Shown: positions 10,093-21,174, numbered from the stretch's first letter. The stretch is DNA of 64,000 nt from Candidatus Bathyarchaeota archaeon (GCA_963733055.1 CAVTBR010000003.1:712460-776459), one strand, 5' to 3'. Program-made: numbers and translations. The notes: generated by a model not told the origin, from the letters alone.

Positions 10093-12120
10093 TTGCTATT
10101 ACCGACCAGGATGAGACGCGTCGAGATAATTGTACCGAAGAGAAACTTCGAAGACGTGATGCTCTACCTCAGAGAGCAGAATACTATCGAACTGCTTGAC
10201 GTCAAGGAAATGATCAAAGGGTATGGCGGAGGCGTTACTCCAACTCCTCTTTCGGATAGGCTATATCGGCTTACGACTCTGGAATCGAAGATCAATTCCG
10301 TAATCGCAACGCTCGAAATTACCGGAACCCGCGCAAAGCCGGTCTCAGTCGAACGACGAGTCTCCGACGAACAGTTTGCCGAAGTTGAAAAGAAAGTATC
10401 CGATTTAGAATCGCGGGTAACAGGCCTCACGAATGAAGCACAGACCCTCGAAGCCCTCGTCACGTACGCAGAACATCAAGTTAATCTGAGCATTGAAGAG
10501 ATAATGAAGATTGACGACGTAAACTCCCCCGAAGGCCGACATAAGCTCGAGGAGATCATCACTGGCATCTTCCAGACATTGAAACCGACGGAACTCAAAG
10601 TTTCAGGCCCGCTGGAAGATATTGTTCAATCGAAAGCGTTGGAAGAGGCGGTTGTCAAGGATATTTCAGACAATGTTACCAAAATTTTGGAATCGAAACG
10701 AGACTCCGCCGCAATCGCCGAGACCATCACCAGCACGTTAGGCCTGAAACTGAAATCAATTTCACGGAAAAAGAACCTCAGGTACGAAGCGGCAAGCAGA
10801 ATCGAAGCCGCGCGAACGCGACTCAAGGAATTGAAAGCGAACCTTGCCGAGATCAGCCACGCAGACGGAGAATACCTGCTGGTACAGAGGGAAGTCATCG
10901 GCGCGGAAAGAGCACTCGAGCAAGCAAAGGGCTACTGCGGAAAGACGGAATCGACATCCATGATCGAGGGATGGATACCGTCCTCAAAAGTGAACAAGAT
11001 TAAGGACGGACTCAAATCGATATGTGCAGACGAAGTAATCGTCAAAGACTGGCCCGCCAAAAACGCCCCAACACAGCTCCAAAACCCCAAGGGGCCAATC
11101 TTATCCACATTCGAGAAACTAACAGTCGGCTTCGGAGTACCAAAGAGCGAAGAGATCGATCCCACCATTCTATGGCTCGTAACCTACCCGCTCTTCTTCG
11201 GGCTTATGTTCGGTGACGTAGGCAACGGAATTGTAGTAATAATCGCATCAAGCATCATTTACTTCTACAAGAGAAGGGGATTGAAGATCCCAGACAACGC
11301 CTACGGAGGAATGGGCGGCGTCTTCAGCATGGTAATCGCCGGTTCACCCTTATTGATTCTGAGCGGCTTCGCGTCCCTATTTGTTGGATTCCTGTACGGA
11401 ACAATATTCGGAAATGTGGAATGGTTTAAGATGGTTACCGGCCTCCCTGGACCCCTCTGGTTCGAACCATTCAGCAACATACGACTAATGCTGAGATTAT
11501 CCATAACGATCGGCGTAATTCACATAATGTCCGGCATGATACTGAAGATAATAGACAAGCTCTACGTCCGAGATTACCGCGAAATGATTTCCGGCCCCTT
11601 GGTTTGGCTATGGTTCTACGGAGCGTTCGGTATCACTTTGTTACAATACGGGTTGCGCTTCCCCAACTACCTCTTCAACCCGAACAACGGCATGAACATA
11701 TTCTTGATTATGGGAGTCCCTCTCATCGCGATGCTGGTAGCAAAGTTCTGGGCTGTAGGACCAATGGGTTTGATGGAGGCCTTTGAAGCGTTGCTCGCAA
11801 CCTTGTCCCACACAATATCCTATGTTCGAATACTCGCAATGAAACTCATCGAGGACGTATTCTTCCACTTATTCCTTGGAGTACTAGTCTTCTTCATGGC
11901 TTGGGGAAACCTAGCCGGCGACGCCCTCGGATACATACTCTTCGCGGCTCTAACAACAATACTAATCATGATACTAGAGACCGCTTTCGTGTTCATGCAG
12001 ACTCTTCGACTTCACTGGGTAGAGTGGTTCCTCAAATTCTACGAGGGAAGCGGTATCGCATTCAAACCCTACGGCATCATCAGAACCTACACCCGAGTTC
12101 AGACCGACCTCCCCTCGTAA
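10093..12120 (+). CDS. atpI: A/V-type ATP synthase subunit I (a)
   Basis: EIDPT, FFGLMFGDVG, SYVRILA (conserved Arg), LRLHWVEWFLKFY. Confidence 0.93.
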   Translation: MLLPTRMRRVEIIVPKRNFEDVMLYLREQNTIELLDVKEMIKGYGGGVTPTPLSDRLYRLTTLESKINSVIATLEITGTRAKPVSVERRVSDEQFAEVEKKVSDLESRVTGLTNEAQTLEALVTYAEHQVNLSIEEIMKIDDVNSPEGRHKLEEIITGIFQTLKPTELKVSGPLEDIVQSKALEEAVVKDISDNVTKILESKRDSAAIAETITSTLGLKLKSISRKKNLRYEAASRIEAARTRLKELKANLAEISHADGEYLLVQREVIGAERALEQAKGYCGKTESTSMIEGWIPSSKVNKIKDGLKSICADEVIVKDWPAKNAPTQLQNPKGPILSTFEKLTVGFGVPKSEEIDPTILWLVTYPLFFGLMFGDVGNGIVVIIASSIIYFYKRRGLKIPDNAYGGMGGVFSMVIAGSPLLILSGFASLFVGFLYGTIFGNVEWFKMVTGLPGPLWFEPFSNIRLMLRLSITIGVIHIMSGMILKIIDKLYVRDYREMISGPLVWLWFYGAFGITLLQYGLRFPNYLFNPNNGMNIFLIMGVPLIAMLVAKFWAVGPMGLMEAFEALLATLSHTISYVRILAMKLIEDVFFHLFLGVLVFFMAWGNLAGDALGYILFAALTTILIMILETAFVFMQTLRLHWVEWFLKFYEGSGIAFKPYGIIRTYTRVQTDLPS

Positions 12121-12216
12121 CACGCAGAACTTGCGGTTGAACCTCGAACAGATGCGGCTTCTGTTTATATTGCCGTGTCGCTGGCGTACCAGACACAGCG
12201 ATAAGGTGAATCTCCT

Positions 12217-13539
12217 ACGAGTGCATCAAGCGCAGTTCAGGTCCAAGCAATAAGCGACATTGTCGCGGAACTACAGGAATATGGCCTGACCCGAAATGAA
12301 GCCCGAGTACTCGTCTTCTTAGCGAAAACGGGCCCGTCAAAAGCCAGCGAGGTCGCACGAGCTGTCCTGATCAACCGAACAGAAACCTACCGAACCATCA
12401 GGAACCTTCAGAGGCGCGGCCTCGTGGAGGCAACACTTGAGCGACCCGTACGATTACAATCTGTCCCCTTTGAGCGATGCTTGAGCATTCTCATCGAGGA
12501 ACGAAAGGCGAGGCTGAGAATTCTCGAACAGCGGGGAGAAGCCCTACGTCGCCAATTTGACGTTGTTCGCATAGAGCCCGTGACCCACGAAGTGGAACGG
12601 TTTCAAGTAGTGGAAGGTAGACTTCGAATTGAACAGAGACTGCAGGGCATGTGTTCGCAGGCCCAAAAATCAGTCATGACAGTTCTTTCCCCCTCAGAGA
12701 TGGTCAGGGCCGATACCGCCGGCCTCTTTGACATGCTAAACCAGGCTGCGTCAGGCGGGTTACGCGTAAGAGTGATTACTTCGATAGTGAAACCGAACCT
12801 CGAGATAGTCGAGAAACTCCCGCAACACGTTGAGATTCGACACTTGGACCTGAAAGCAAAGCCGATTCCGAGAGTTTCAATTATTGACGACAGCGAGGCT
12901 CTATTCGAGATAAGCACTGCTGATGACTCGCCCAGAATGGAAGAAGAGGTCGCGCTGTGGATCAACAGCCGCGCATTCGTGCGAAACCTTCAAGCCTACT
13001 TTGACGAGATGTGGACCTCTGCGACACCCTCCGAAGCTCGGATTGAAGCTTTGCGAAAGGGCATTCCTCCAGACGAACTCAAAATCTTCAAGGGACGAAA
13101 CGAAGTCAACGGAAAGCTCAATCAAATGATCGAATCCGCCGATAAGAGCGTTGAGATCTGGACGACGATGAGGGGAATTCAGGCTCTCGCGGACTTCCAT
13201 TTCGCGCAGTTGAAAGAGGCAAAAGGGCGCGGAGCGAAGATTCGTATCATAGCGCCGATCACAAGCGAGAACACGGAAGGAGCTAGGAAACTCGTCCCGG
13301 TCTCCGAATTGCGTTACTCCGAGGCGCTTGGGCCGACAGGAATGGCTATCGTGAATCAACGAGAGTTAATGCTCTACGAGAGGTTACCGGACGACAACAG
13401 CCCGGATGTGGGAGCTGATGTTGGATTTTGGACTAACAGTACTCGGTTCACTGAAACTATGAGTCGAGCGTATGATGCCATGTGGAAAGGGGTGTTTACA
13501 ATCTACACGCCAAAGCGTCGCGGGTCTCAGAGTAGATAG
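12217..13539 (+). CDS. TrmB-family transcriptional regulator with two effector (PLD-like) domains
   Basis: In-frame HTH upstream of the called GTG (LQEYGLTRNEARVLVFLAKTGPSKASEVARAVLINRTETYRTIRNLQRRGLVE); two repeats ending F..MW; start uncertain. Confidence 0.82.
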   Translation, partial: TSASSAVQVQAISDIVAELQEYGLTRNEARVLVFLAKTGPSKASEVARAVLINRTETYRTIRNLQRRGLVEATLERPVRLQSVPFERCLSILIEERKARLRILEQRGEALRRQFDVVRIEPVTHEVERFQVVEGRLRIEQRLQGMCSQAQKSVMTVLSPSEMVRADTAGLFDMLNQAASGGLRVRVITSIVKPNLEIVEKLPQHVEIRHLDLKAKPIPRVSIIDDSEALFEISTADDSPRMEEEVALWINSRAFVRNLQAYFDEMWTSATPSEARIEALRKGIPPDELKIFKGRNEVNGKLNQMIESADKSVEIWTTMRGIQALADFHFAQLKEAKGRGAKIRIIAPITSENTEGARKLVPVSELRYSEALGPTGMAIVNQRELMLYERLPDDNSPDVGADVGFWTNSTRFTETMSRAYDAMWKGVFTIYTPKRRGSQSR

Positions 13540-13577
13540 ACCGAAAATACTTTCATGAATTTACATAGGCGCTGTAT

Positions 13578-14447
13578 TTGTCGCGCCCGAAGTTCGGCCT
13601 CCAGCTTCCGCAGGATACTCCCAATCCGGACCATCTCATTGAGGTGGCCAAAGAATGCGAGGCCCTTGGATACGATAGCGTTTGGGCATATGACCACCTT
13701 TCTCCTTACTGGCTTCCCTCAGGCAGAGCCATGGAATGCTGGACCCTGCTTTCCGCCGTCGCGGCTCGGACGTCAAAGATTAGAATTGGAAGCCTCGTAA
13801 CGAATGTAAATCTGCGCAATCCCGCATTACTCGCAAAGATGACGAGCACAGTCGACTGCATTAGTGGGGGGAGGCTGATTGTCGGATTGGGTCCCGGTGA
13901 TAGAATGAGTGCGCATGAAATGCAAAGCCATGGCTATCACTTTCCGTCGCTTGAACGGAGAATAAGTCGCCTGAGGGATACAATCCTTATCTTGAGAGAG
14001 ATGTGGACTGGCGAGAACATCTCGGTAGTCGGCAAAACATCAGGGGTATCGAATGCGCTGAGCCTACCGGAGCCGAAACAAGAACCTGGACCACCAATTT
14101 GGATTGGCGGGAAACACCATATGATTCTAGATCTTGTCGCCGAGCTTGCGGATGGATGGAATTATTGGGACTTGGACAAGGGCCTCTTGGAAGAACGCGA
14201 GAAGTATCTGTTTGCAAAATGTGCAGAGTTCGGTCGCTCCCCCGAAGATCTGCTGAAGTCGTGGGCTGGAACGGTTGACAACGAGGTGAGGCGATCCTAC
14301 AACAAGTCAATGATGGTTGATAGCATTAGGAGAATGCTGTTGTCGAAGACAAGCAAGTATACCGATTATTTCATAGCTTCTTTTGGCCACGAATCCGACC
14401 GCGAGGCTTACGAGGCATTCGCGGAGGCTGTGAAATCACTCGCCTAA
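13578..14447 (+). CDS. LLM-class flavin/F420-dependent oxidoreductase
   Basis: GYDSVWAYDH, RNPALLAKM, SGGRL, PPIWIGG, ADGWN. Confidence 0.9.
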   Translation: MSRPKFGLQLPQDTPNPDHLIEVAKECEALGYDSVWAYDHLSPYWLPSGRAMECWTLLSAVAARTSKIRIGSLVTNVNLRNPALLAKMTSTVDCISGGRLIVGLGPGDRMSAHEMQSHGYHFPSLERRISRLRDTILILREMWTGENISVVGKTSGVSNALSLPEPKQEPGPPIWIGGKHHMILDLVAELADGWNYWDLDKGLLEEREKYLFAKCAEFGRSPEDLLKSWAGTVDNEVRRSYNKSMMVDSIRRMLLSKTSKYTDYFIASFGHESDREAYEAFAEAVKSLA

Positions 14448-14460
14448 TGGGGGTTGGATT

Positions 14461-15200
14461 ATGAACCTCTCTGAGCAGCGGACGACCAAGACTAGGCAGA
14501 TTACGTTGGCTGCGGTCTTTGCGATCGTATACTTCATTCTAAGGAGCGTGCCCACGTTTTCGATGATTGAGTTGTCTGGACAGTTTACGGCGGGAGACTT
14601 TCTGTTGACAACTATCGCTTTAGTGGCGGGGGTTTGGAGCGGAACAATCGCGGTTTTGGTCGGAACTATAATCGCTTACCCGGTGAGGCCTCCTATTTTC
14701 TTTGGGTTGGATTTTCTTCCTGGCGTTGTGAACGTTTTCGTGGCTGCGCTTCTAATTTCAGGGCGACGCAGAATTGCCCAAGCTGTCTACGTTCTGATCT
14801 TGGCCGCATTTCTTGTAAGCCCGTATAGCGTATTCTATGGCTACGACCATGTCCCCTACGTGTGGCTTCACCTGATCGCTCTTATCGTCCTCCTATCTCC
14901 TGCGGCCTCTCGGATACCCCGTGGTTGAACAAGGGTGGATATTTCGGAGCTGCCGCCATTGCAACCCTAGCTTTTGTGGGCACCATGGCGCAACACCTTG
15001 TGGGTGGAATATTGTTCGAAACCGTAGTGGGGTTCGTGGGAGGAGTTTCACCCGCTAAGTTTGCGCAGATCTGGGGAGTAGTATTCTTCCTATATCCGGA
15101 AGAAAGACTGATCATTCTGACGATATCGACGATTCTAGGTATCGCAATATTCAACGCCTACCAACGGTTGCTCCCTCACACTACGAGAGGAAGACAGTAG
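14461..15200 (+). CDS. ECF-type transporter S-component-like membrane protein (frameshift near 14920)
   Basis: Two overlapping hydrophobic ORFs (14461-14928 and 14862-15200) join into one protein ending ...GTMAQHLVGG...YPEER. Confidence 0.65.
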
Positions 15201-15325
15201 GCTATGCGAGCTGAGGGCCCGAGCAGGACAAAGTCTGAACGACCTCTCCCGTTCCGCGGTTAACTCCTGTAACCATATTAGAGTGCGGAAACCTATCCTC
15301 TTCTTGATGTAGGTAAAACCGCTGG

Positions 15326-16375
15326 GTGGAACGGATTATGGCCAAACGCCCGATGAAACTCTTCGAACGGTTGCTAGATACTGACGTGAAGGCAGACCTA
15401 CTTACGCTCTTTCATAACAATGCCAACATGTCTGAGACTCCGGAAGGACTGGCGAAGAAGGTTGGACGGAACCCAGTCGAGGTCCAGCGTGAGCTCGAAG
15501 ATTTAGTGGAACTTGGAATTCTGAAGAAAGTTGAGGTTTACTCGTTTGGAATGGACCGAGATAAGGAAATACAAGACGCGATTTCAAAGCAACTAGCTCT
15601 CGGAGAGATCGTTGGACCCGGCGGAGCAGTTAGCGGCACCGGCGTTAATGCAAGACAAGTTCCTAGGATCAGATCAGGGATCGAGATCATAGACAAGATG
15701 CTTCCCGATGGATTACCCTCTACATGCACGATCGTCCTACTCACCGATCCGGGGGCTGGACCAGAGAACGTTGTGGCGCACATGGTCGGTCGCCAAATCG
15801 AATCTGGGAAGACCGTTCTGTACATCACTTTGGATAATTTCCCACCCAACATTCGGCAGAGCGTTCACGCGCACGTTACTCAGGGAACTACTGACTGGTC
15901 GTCTCTTGTGTTTGTCGATTGCTACTCGAAGACGGTCGGCGTCGAGAGTGAAGAGACGCACGCGGTTGATCCGGAAAACGTGACAGCAATCAGCATCGCA
16001 ATATCGGACGTGATGGCGCGCAGTGCAGTGTCACTGATCGTGGTTGACTCATTCAACACCTTGATACGCAAAAGAGGGGGCCATTCGGCGATTGAGTTCT
16101 TGCGCGTCCTCGTGGCTAGAACACGGCAGGCGAAGTGTCTTTGCCTAGTCACTATGAATCGGAAGGCCTTTCATCCGGCCATCGTCGCTTCGGCGCAGGA
16201 CATTGTGGACGGAGTTATCGAACTTAAACTGGACGAAGAAGCCGAAGGGATCGCCACGTCGCTTCGGATTCTTAAGATGGTTGGGGCAAAACATTCCACC
16301 GCTTGGGAGCGGTATACGATTTCCGATGACGGTGAATTGGTTTCAGCGGCTCCGGATACAACTGAAAAAACTTAG
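15326..16375 (+). CDS. wHTH fused to KaiC/RAD55-like ATPase domain (degenerate Walker A)
   Basis: N-terminal HTH (LAKKVGRNPVEVQRELEDLVELGIL); SGIEIID, DPGAGPEN in place of GxxGxGKT, VDCYS, VVDS, DGVIEL, LRILKM. Confidence 0.8.
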   Translation: MERIMAKRPMKLFERLLDTDVKADLLTLFHNNANMSETPEGLAKKVGRNPVEVQRELEDLVELGILKKVEVYSFGMDRDKEIQDAISKQLALGEIVGPGGAVSGTGVNARQVPRIRSGIEIIDKMLPDGLPSTCTIVLLTDPGAGPENVVAHMVGRQIESGKTVLYITLDNFPPNIRQSVHAHVTQGTTDWSSLVFVDCYSKTVGVESEETHAVDPENVTAISIAISDVMARSAVSLIVVDSFNTLIRKRGGHSAIEFLRVLVARTRQAKCLCLVTMNRKAFHPAIVASAQDIVDGVIELKLDEEAEGIATSLRILKMVGAKHSTAWERYTISDDGELVSAAPDTTEKT

Positions 16376-16382
16376 ATGTGGT

Positions 16383-17500
16383 CTAGCTCATCTCTTTCAA
16401 TTTCGCTGGTAGGTACTTGTCGACTATGTAGGCTAGGCCGTAACGGCTGAAAGCCTCCTGCTCCGATTTACGTTTGTTCTTCAGGAACGACGCAATCTCC
16501 TTCTTCCACAATTTCCCATCGTATCGAGGATCCTTCTCAAGCTCGTAGAGGCGTTTTATGTCAAGATCGGTTAGTGGGTCACTTGGGAGTTTGTAATTAA
16601 CGATATCCGAGGCATGAACTCCGCACCATTTGGCGTCTGGCGTGTTTAGGTCCCGAAGGTGTGCTGCGTTCGCTGAACCCGAGATTATGACGTTGGCGAT
16701 GTGCATTCCCCAAGGATCCGCAGTCGCAGAATATGTAACATGGTAGCTTCAGCTCTCTATTCATTCGCCTTATCAGAGATCGAGTTGCGCGAGGAGCCTG
16801 GCCGGCTGTGTGAATCAATATTGCCCTGTGCTTCTCATGAACCCGCTCTTCGATGAAACGAGTGAACAAGCCACCTTTCTCGATGGCAATTATCTTGTCG
16901 GCACCACAATCACCGAATTCGGCATTTGTCGAGCGCGGGGCCGATCATCATTCCGTCGGGATGCGAGGCAAGGTTAAGTTCCTTCCCCTCGTAACCTCGC
17001 ACGGTATACCGAATTGTTAAGTCGCCGAATATTGCGCTCCGTTCTTCGGGAAAGACGTTGAAATCTTCCCTAGAGTGACCAATCACTGTTTCTAGATCAG
17101 TGATTATGTCATCGCTTTCTGCCTGATCGGCGAAGCTCATTTCATATGCCTGGGCAGAATAGAAGACGTCTCGAAGGGTTGAGGTTTTTCCTTCGCTGGT
17201 GAGTTCGTCGACGAATGACCCAGTCCAGACAAGTTGGGTTAACGGCCGGACGTGTCTGATGTTGCGCACGCTTCGTCTTACGAAGTGATCTCCAAGAATG
17301 TACTGCCGAGTCTGTTGATCGTAGTGGATGTTAGTGATAGATCGGCTTGGCATGCGGACTGAGGGCCACTGTTTCTGAGACAGTTGCGCGTAGATTTGCT
17401 CGCCAAGGTCCTTTAGGGTACCCTGGACGACGCGTTTCTTTTCTTCGATTCGGCTAGGCGTCTTGGATGTCTTCGTCGCTTTCGTCGCTTTCTTCTTCAT
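16383..17500 (-). CDS. top6A: DNA topoisomerase VI subunit A (two apparent frameshifts)
   Basis: STLRDVFY (catalytic Tyr), [14 protein letters not shown] distributed over three consecutive ORF fragments; follows top6B. Confidence 0.9.
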
Positions 17501-19010
17501 GGCTTAGAACACTCTTCAGTAACAACGAAACGTCGGGCTGCTTACTTTTTCTCGCAAGCTTCGTGGAGAATAAGGCAATTTTCGGAAGGTACTTTTGGAA
17601 TACGTCAAGCCTGTGCTTGTCGTGGGCGATATTGATTTTCTTTGATAGGAATAATGATAGTCTCCGAGCGACCTCCCTTAGCGCGTTTAATATTTCGTGT
17701 TCGACATCAGGCCTGTCCGCGATGAATTCCTTCCCAACGGTCTTGTACGGTACTTTGGTGGAGCATATGTGAACGAAAACTGCGATCGGCATGTCGGGGG
17801 TGGCCTTGTAATGCTTCCAGTCGACTTGCGTATTGACTACCTTCCAAGAGACGTCGCTTGCTTCATCGAAGAGCAGGGGGATCTTGTTGGCAAACCTAAA
17901 CAATTTGATGCCGCCGCCGGCCTCAATCTGTCCACCATACGCAATCCCAACCTCAACTATGAAGGGGAATCCGGCGTAAGCTGAGGGTTTTCGTTGGTAG
18001 ACGGCGATGAATTCTGGGGAAAGCTCCTTCTTTATCCCAGCCTCCAACAATTCCTCGCCCAACGGAGAGAGGCAGCTGGCGTCAGGAGCTAGGAACTTGT
18101 AATTCTTCATCCCGTTCACGAGGGTGACGATTTCCTCCGGGGTGAGTTTCTTAGGGTTCTTCCTCGTCGCGAGGTTGACCGTTTGGAGGAACGACGTGGC
18201 AATGGTTCTCCCAACCCGATGGAAATGAGTTCGCATGAAATTCACGAGCGTCCTCTCGTTGGTTAGATCGATTAGGCGCTTCATGGTTTCGACGTCGACT
18301 CCGTGTGGGTGGGGTAAGGTTTCTTCAGGCGGTTTCGGCATCTGGGTGGTAATGCGATCAAACCTGTACAGCCTGCCTCGCGGATCAACGTAAGTCACGG
18401 TGGCGTAGGGGGCGACGATCGCGGTCTCCATTAGGTAATCTAGAATTTTCGACATTGCACGGGTGTAATCTGCTTCTGTGGAGAATTCGATTACGGCCCC
18501 GTGCCATCGGTTCTCGTTCGGATGGGTTTTGTGTTTCAAAACCGTGGGCTTGTTCTTCTGTATGTCAATAATCAGATCGTATTGATGGATCTTCGTCGGA
18601 CCGGTGCTCGACATTATAGTGGCCGTCCCATGAGTGGTGATTTGGCCGTAGAGGATCGCCATCTTCCCGCCCAAGCCGAAGGTGCCTCGAGTCTGTCGGA
18701 GTTTGTACTTTGATCCGAAGAGCACCTGGCCGAAGGCTGATGGAATTATGTCGTGAGGTATGCCAATCCCATTATCTTCAATATGCACCCTGTAAATGCC
18801 GGGCCCATCAGTGGGCCCCGACTCGTGCGAAATGCGCAGATATATGTCGGGCGGAATTTGTTTTGTTTCACACGCGTCCAGAGAGTTTTCAACTAGTTCA
18901 CGGATGGTTGAATAGATCGCCCGAGTTGGATTTGTGAACCCCGCGATGTCACGGTTCCGGTAGAAGAAGTCTGCCGCAGAGATTTCCTGGAATACTTCTT
19001 GCAGCGCCAT
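17454..19010 (-). CDS. top6B: DNA topoisomerase VI subunit B
   Basis: ELVENSLDA, DNGIGIP, QTRGTFGLG, RFANKIPLL (GHKL ATPase). Confidence 0.97.
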   Translation of the reverse strand: MALQEVFQEISAADFFYRNRDIAGFTNPTRAIYSTIRELVENSLDACETKQIPPDIYLRISHESGPTDGPGIYRVHIEDNGIGIPHDIIPSAFGQVLFGSKYKLRQTRGTFGLGGKMAILYGQITTHGTATIMSSTGPTKIHQYDLIIDIQKNKPTVLKHKTHPNENRWHGAVIEFSTEADYTRAMSKILDYLMETAIVAPYATVTYVDPRGRLYRFDRITTQMPKPPEETLPHPHGVDVETMKRLIDLTNERTLVNFMRTHFHRVGRTIATSFLQTVNLATRKNPKKLTPEEIVTLVNGMKNYKFLAPDASCLSPLGEELLEAGIKKELSPEFIAVYQRKPSAYAGFPFIVEVGIAYGGQIEAGGGIKLFRFANKIPLLFDEASDVSWKVVNTQVDWKHYKATPDMPIAVFVHICSTKVPYKTVGKEFIADRPDVEHEILNALREVARRLSLFLSKKINIAHDKHRLDVFQKYLPKIALFSTKLARKSKQPDVSLLLKSVLSHEEESDESDEDIQDA

Positions 19011-19067
19011 TAGGGTTCGACTACCTTTGCGGGCGTGTGGAATAAAGCTGATGATGGTTTCTGCGTG

Positions 19068-19640
19068 TCAACTCGGTGGCTTTTGCCACAGCTCAAGGGT
19101 TTCTCTCTTTTTGCTTTCACTCTTTATCTTTCTAAGTAATTTGTACACGGTGGAATGCTGTTTGCCTTTCAGTAAGAGTTCTATTGCTTCTCTTGCAGCA
19201 GTGACCGTCTCATAATCGCCGAGCATCGAGATCGTATGCCCGTAAACTGACACTTTTGCATCGGTCATTTCCTCCAGTAATCTACGAATCTTTCCTTCGC
19301 GGCCGATCACGCGCCCTTTCAGTCGAGAGATGTCTCGGTCATTCTTGCCGAAAGTTTCTCGCAAGTCAATAATGTCGAGCACTATGTCGTCGTCGGTGAG
19401 TGTGAGTGCGCGTTCGGGTGAAAATCCTTCGAGCAATTGCGAGAACTACGTCACGCGCCCGTAGGATTGTGGTTGGATCATCTGAATCTTCGCGCGGACG
19501 ATCTCGATCACGCCGCTCTCACTTTGAACGAGAAGCTTCACCTTGAACGCATTCTCAATTTCGGATTTTGTTGTCCCATCTCTTCCAATTAAGACGCCCA
19601 TGCGTTCATTCGGAATAGTCGTGCTAATTCTTGTCGACAT
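19068..19640 (-). CDS. KH-domain pre-rRNA processing protein Dim2/Pno1 (frameshifted)
   Basis: GVLIGRDG and GRVIGREG KH motifs on two fragments; GFSPERA; canonical position next to rio1. Confidence 0.85.
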
Positions 19641-20421
19641 CTTCCCCTGTCACCCATTTCGTTAGCCTTTCGATTGGAGGTACGCCAACTCCGATCTTCG
19701 AGAAGTATTCATTCATTCGTAGCAGATCTCTTTCAAGAAAAGTATTCGCCATAGGGTGTTCAATGGTCACTGCTTGTGCAAAGTCGAAGATTATCGGGTT
19801 GAGATCCACCATCATTATGTTGTACTCGCTCAGGTCGCCGTGAACCAGATGCGCCTTCTGGTAAAGGAGCTTTACTGCTTCAGCTACCTTGTCGTACACT
19901 CGTGCTGGATGGTTTAATGGGGTTTCCCTTAGCAGGGGTGCGGGTTCTCCTTTCTTCCCGATAAATTCCATCAGTAGCACATTGCCTTCAACCTTCAACG
20001 GGGTTGGGACACGTATACCGACCTCGGCAGCTTGCTGTAAGTTCCTGAACTCCTTCAACGCCCACAAGTTGACTAATGAACGTGTGTCTTTTCTTGTGCT
20101 CTTGAACCTTTCATCACCTTGAATGTACATCATTCTGCCCTTCAAGAATTCCGCGGAGGTCGTCAGGTAAATTTTGATGGCTACGAGCTTTCTTTTTCTC
20201 CCGACGCCCCAGTATAGCCGCGACTCTTTCCCAGCGCGGACGACGCCGTTGATGCTGTTAATGTAGCCGCGGTTAAGTAAGCGGTAGACGATCATGAGTG
20301 TGGATCTATCGAACACTTCTTCGAGGGTGTCCATTTCTTCGCTGCGTTTGTCCCTCATCAATCGTTTTGTTTCATATTGCGCGACTCTCCTTCGTAGCTT
20401 TCGCTCGGCCCACGGTTCCAT
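19624..20421 (-). CDS. rio1: RIO1 serine/threonine kinase
   Basis: GKES, AIKIY, KEFRNL, HGDLSEYN, DFAQAV. Confidence 0.95.
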   Translation of the reverse strand: MEPWAERKLRRRVAQYETKRLMRDKRSEEMDTLEEVFDRSTLMIVYRLLNRGYINSINGVVRAGKESRLYWGVGRKRKLVAIKIYLTTSAEFLKGRMMYIQGDERFKSTRKDTRSLVNLWALKEFRNLQQAAEVGIRVPTPLKVEGNVLLMEFIGKKGEPAPLLRETPLNHPARVYDKVAEAVKLLYQKAHLVHGDLSEYNIMMVDLNPIIFDFAQAVTIEHPMANTFLERDLLRMNEYFSKIGVGVPPIERLTKWVTGEDVDKN

Positions 20422-20438
20422 CTAAGACACCTTGGATT

Positions 20439-20753
20439 CTATGCGAGGATGCGTCCTTGACTTCGTAGCACGTTGGCCTGGCTTTCCGTATAACGCCAGA
20501 GAATGTCGCCCCGCGAGTCCGTCTGGAAATCCCAGGGCGCGACAAGTACGGTATCCCCGACCTTGATCCATACCCGACGTTTCATTTTCCCCCTGATGCG
20601 ACACACTCTTTCGTGACCGTCCGCACATTTCACCATCAGTCGGTCATAACCTAGCATCTGAAGTACGACGCCGAACATCTGCCCCTCGCCGGGCAGCACC
20701 ATTTCCCTGAGGTCTCCCTCACTCAGGACCTTCTTCTTACCCACACATTCCAC
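20439..20753 (-). CDS. eif1a: Translation initiation factor aIF-1A
   Basis: CADG.ERVCRIRGKMKRRVWI..GD.V.V.PWDFQ. Confidence 0.96.
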   Translation of the reverse strand: MECVGKKKVLSEGDLREMVLPGEGQMFGVVLQMLGYDRLMVKCADGHERVCRIRGKMKRRVWIKVGDTVLVAPWDFQTDSRGDILWRYTESQANVLRSQGRILA

Positions 20754-20862
20754 CGAGTTTTGTTCTGCTATCAGCCCAGGACACTAAATAAGCATTTTAA
20801 CCCCGCGTTAGCAACCCACGGTGGACCAACCGATACCCCATACAACCGGCCTGAAACCTGCG

Positions 20863-21171
20863 TCACATTTTGACGATTTGCACGTGGGGGACGCCGCTAA
20901 TGTGAAGGATTGCGGTTGGATCGACGAGACTCTGTTGAACGGCCGCTTGCACTATTGTCTCGCCTACGAGGTTAGCGATGTCCGCGGTGTCTATGGCCGC
21001 TAATGCTTCTCCAACGCTGGCGCGGTTTCCTTGGTAGAAATCTGGTTTGACTTCGAGCTTTAGTTTTCCCTCTCGAAAAGTCTCACCGAGAAGTTCGGTA
21101 TCACACGCTGCCACTAACGTGTGCTTTGCGTCTTTGATGACCCTTAGGAATACCTCAGTCAGAGGATGCAC
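20863..21171 (-). CDS. DUF424 family protein
   Basis: LVAACD.ELLG..F, FY.G, ANLVGE, GVPHVQ. Confidence 0.88.
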   Translation of the reverse strand: MHPLTEVFLRVIKDAKHTLVAACDTELLGETFREGKLKLEVKPDFYQGNRASVGEALAAIDTADIANLVGETIVQAAVQQSLVDPTAILHISGVPHVQIVKM

Positions 21172-21174
21172 TTC

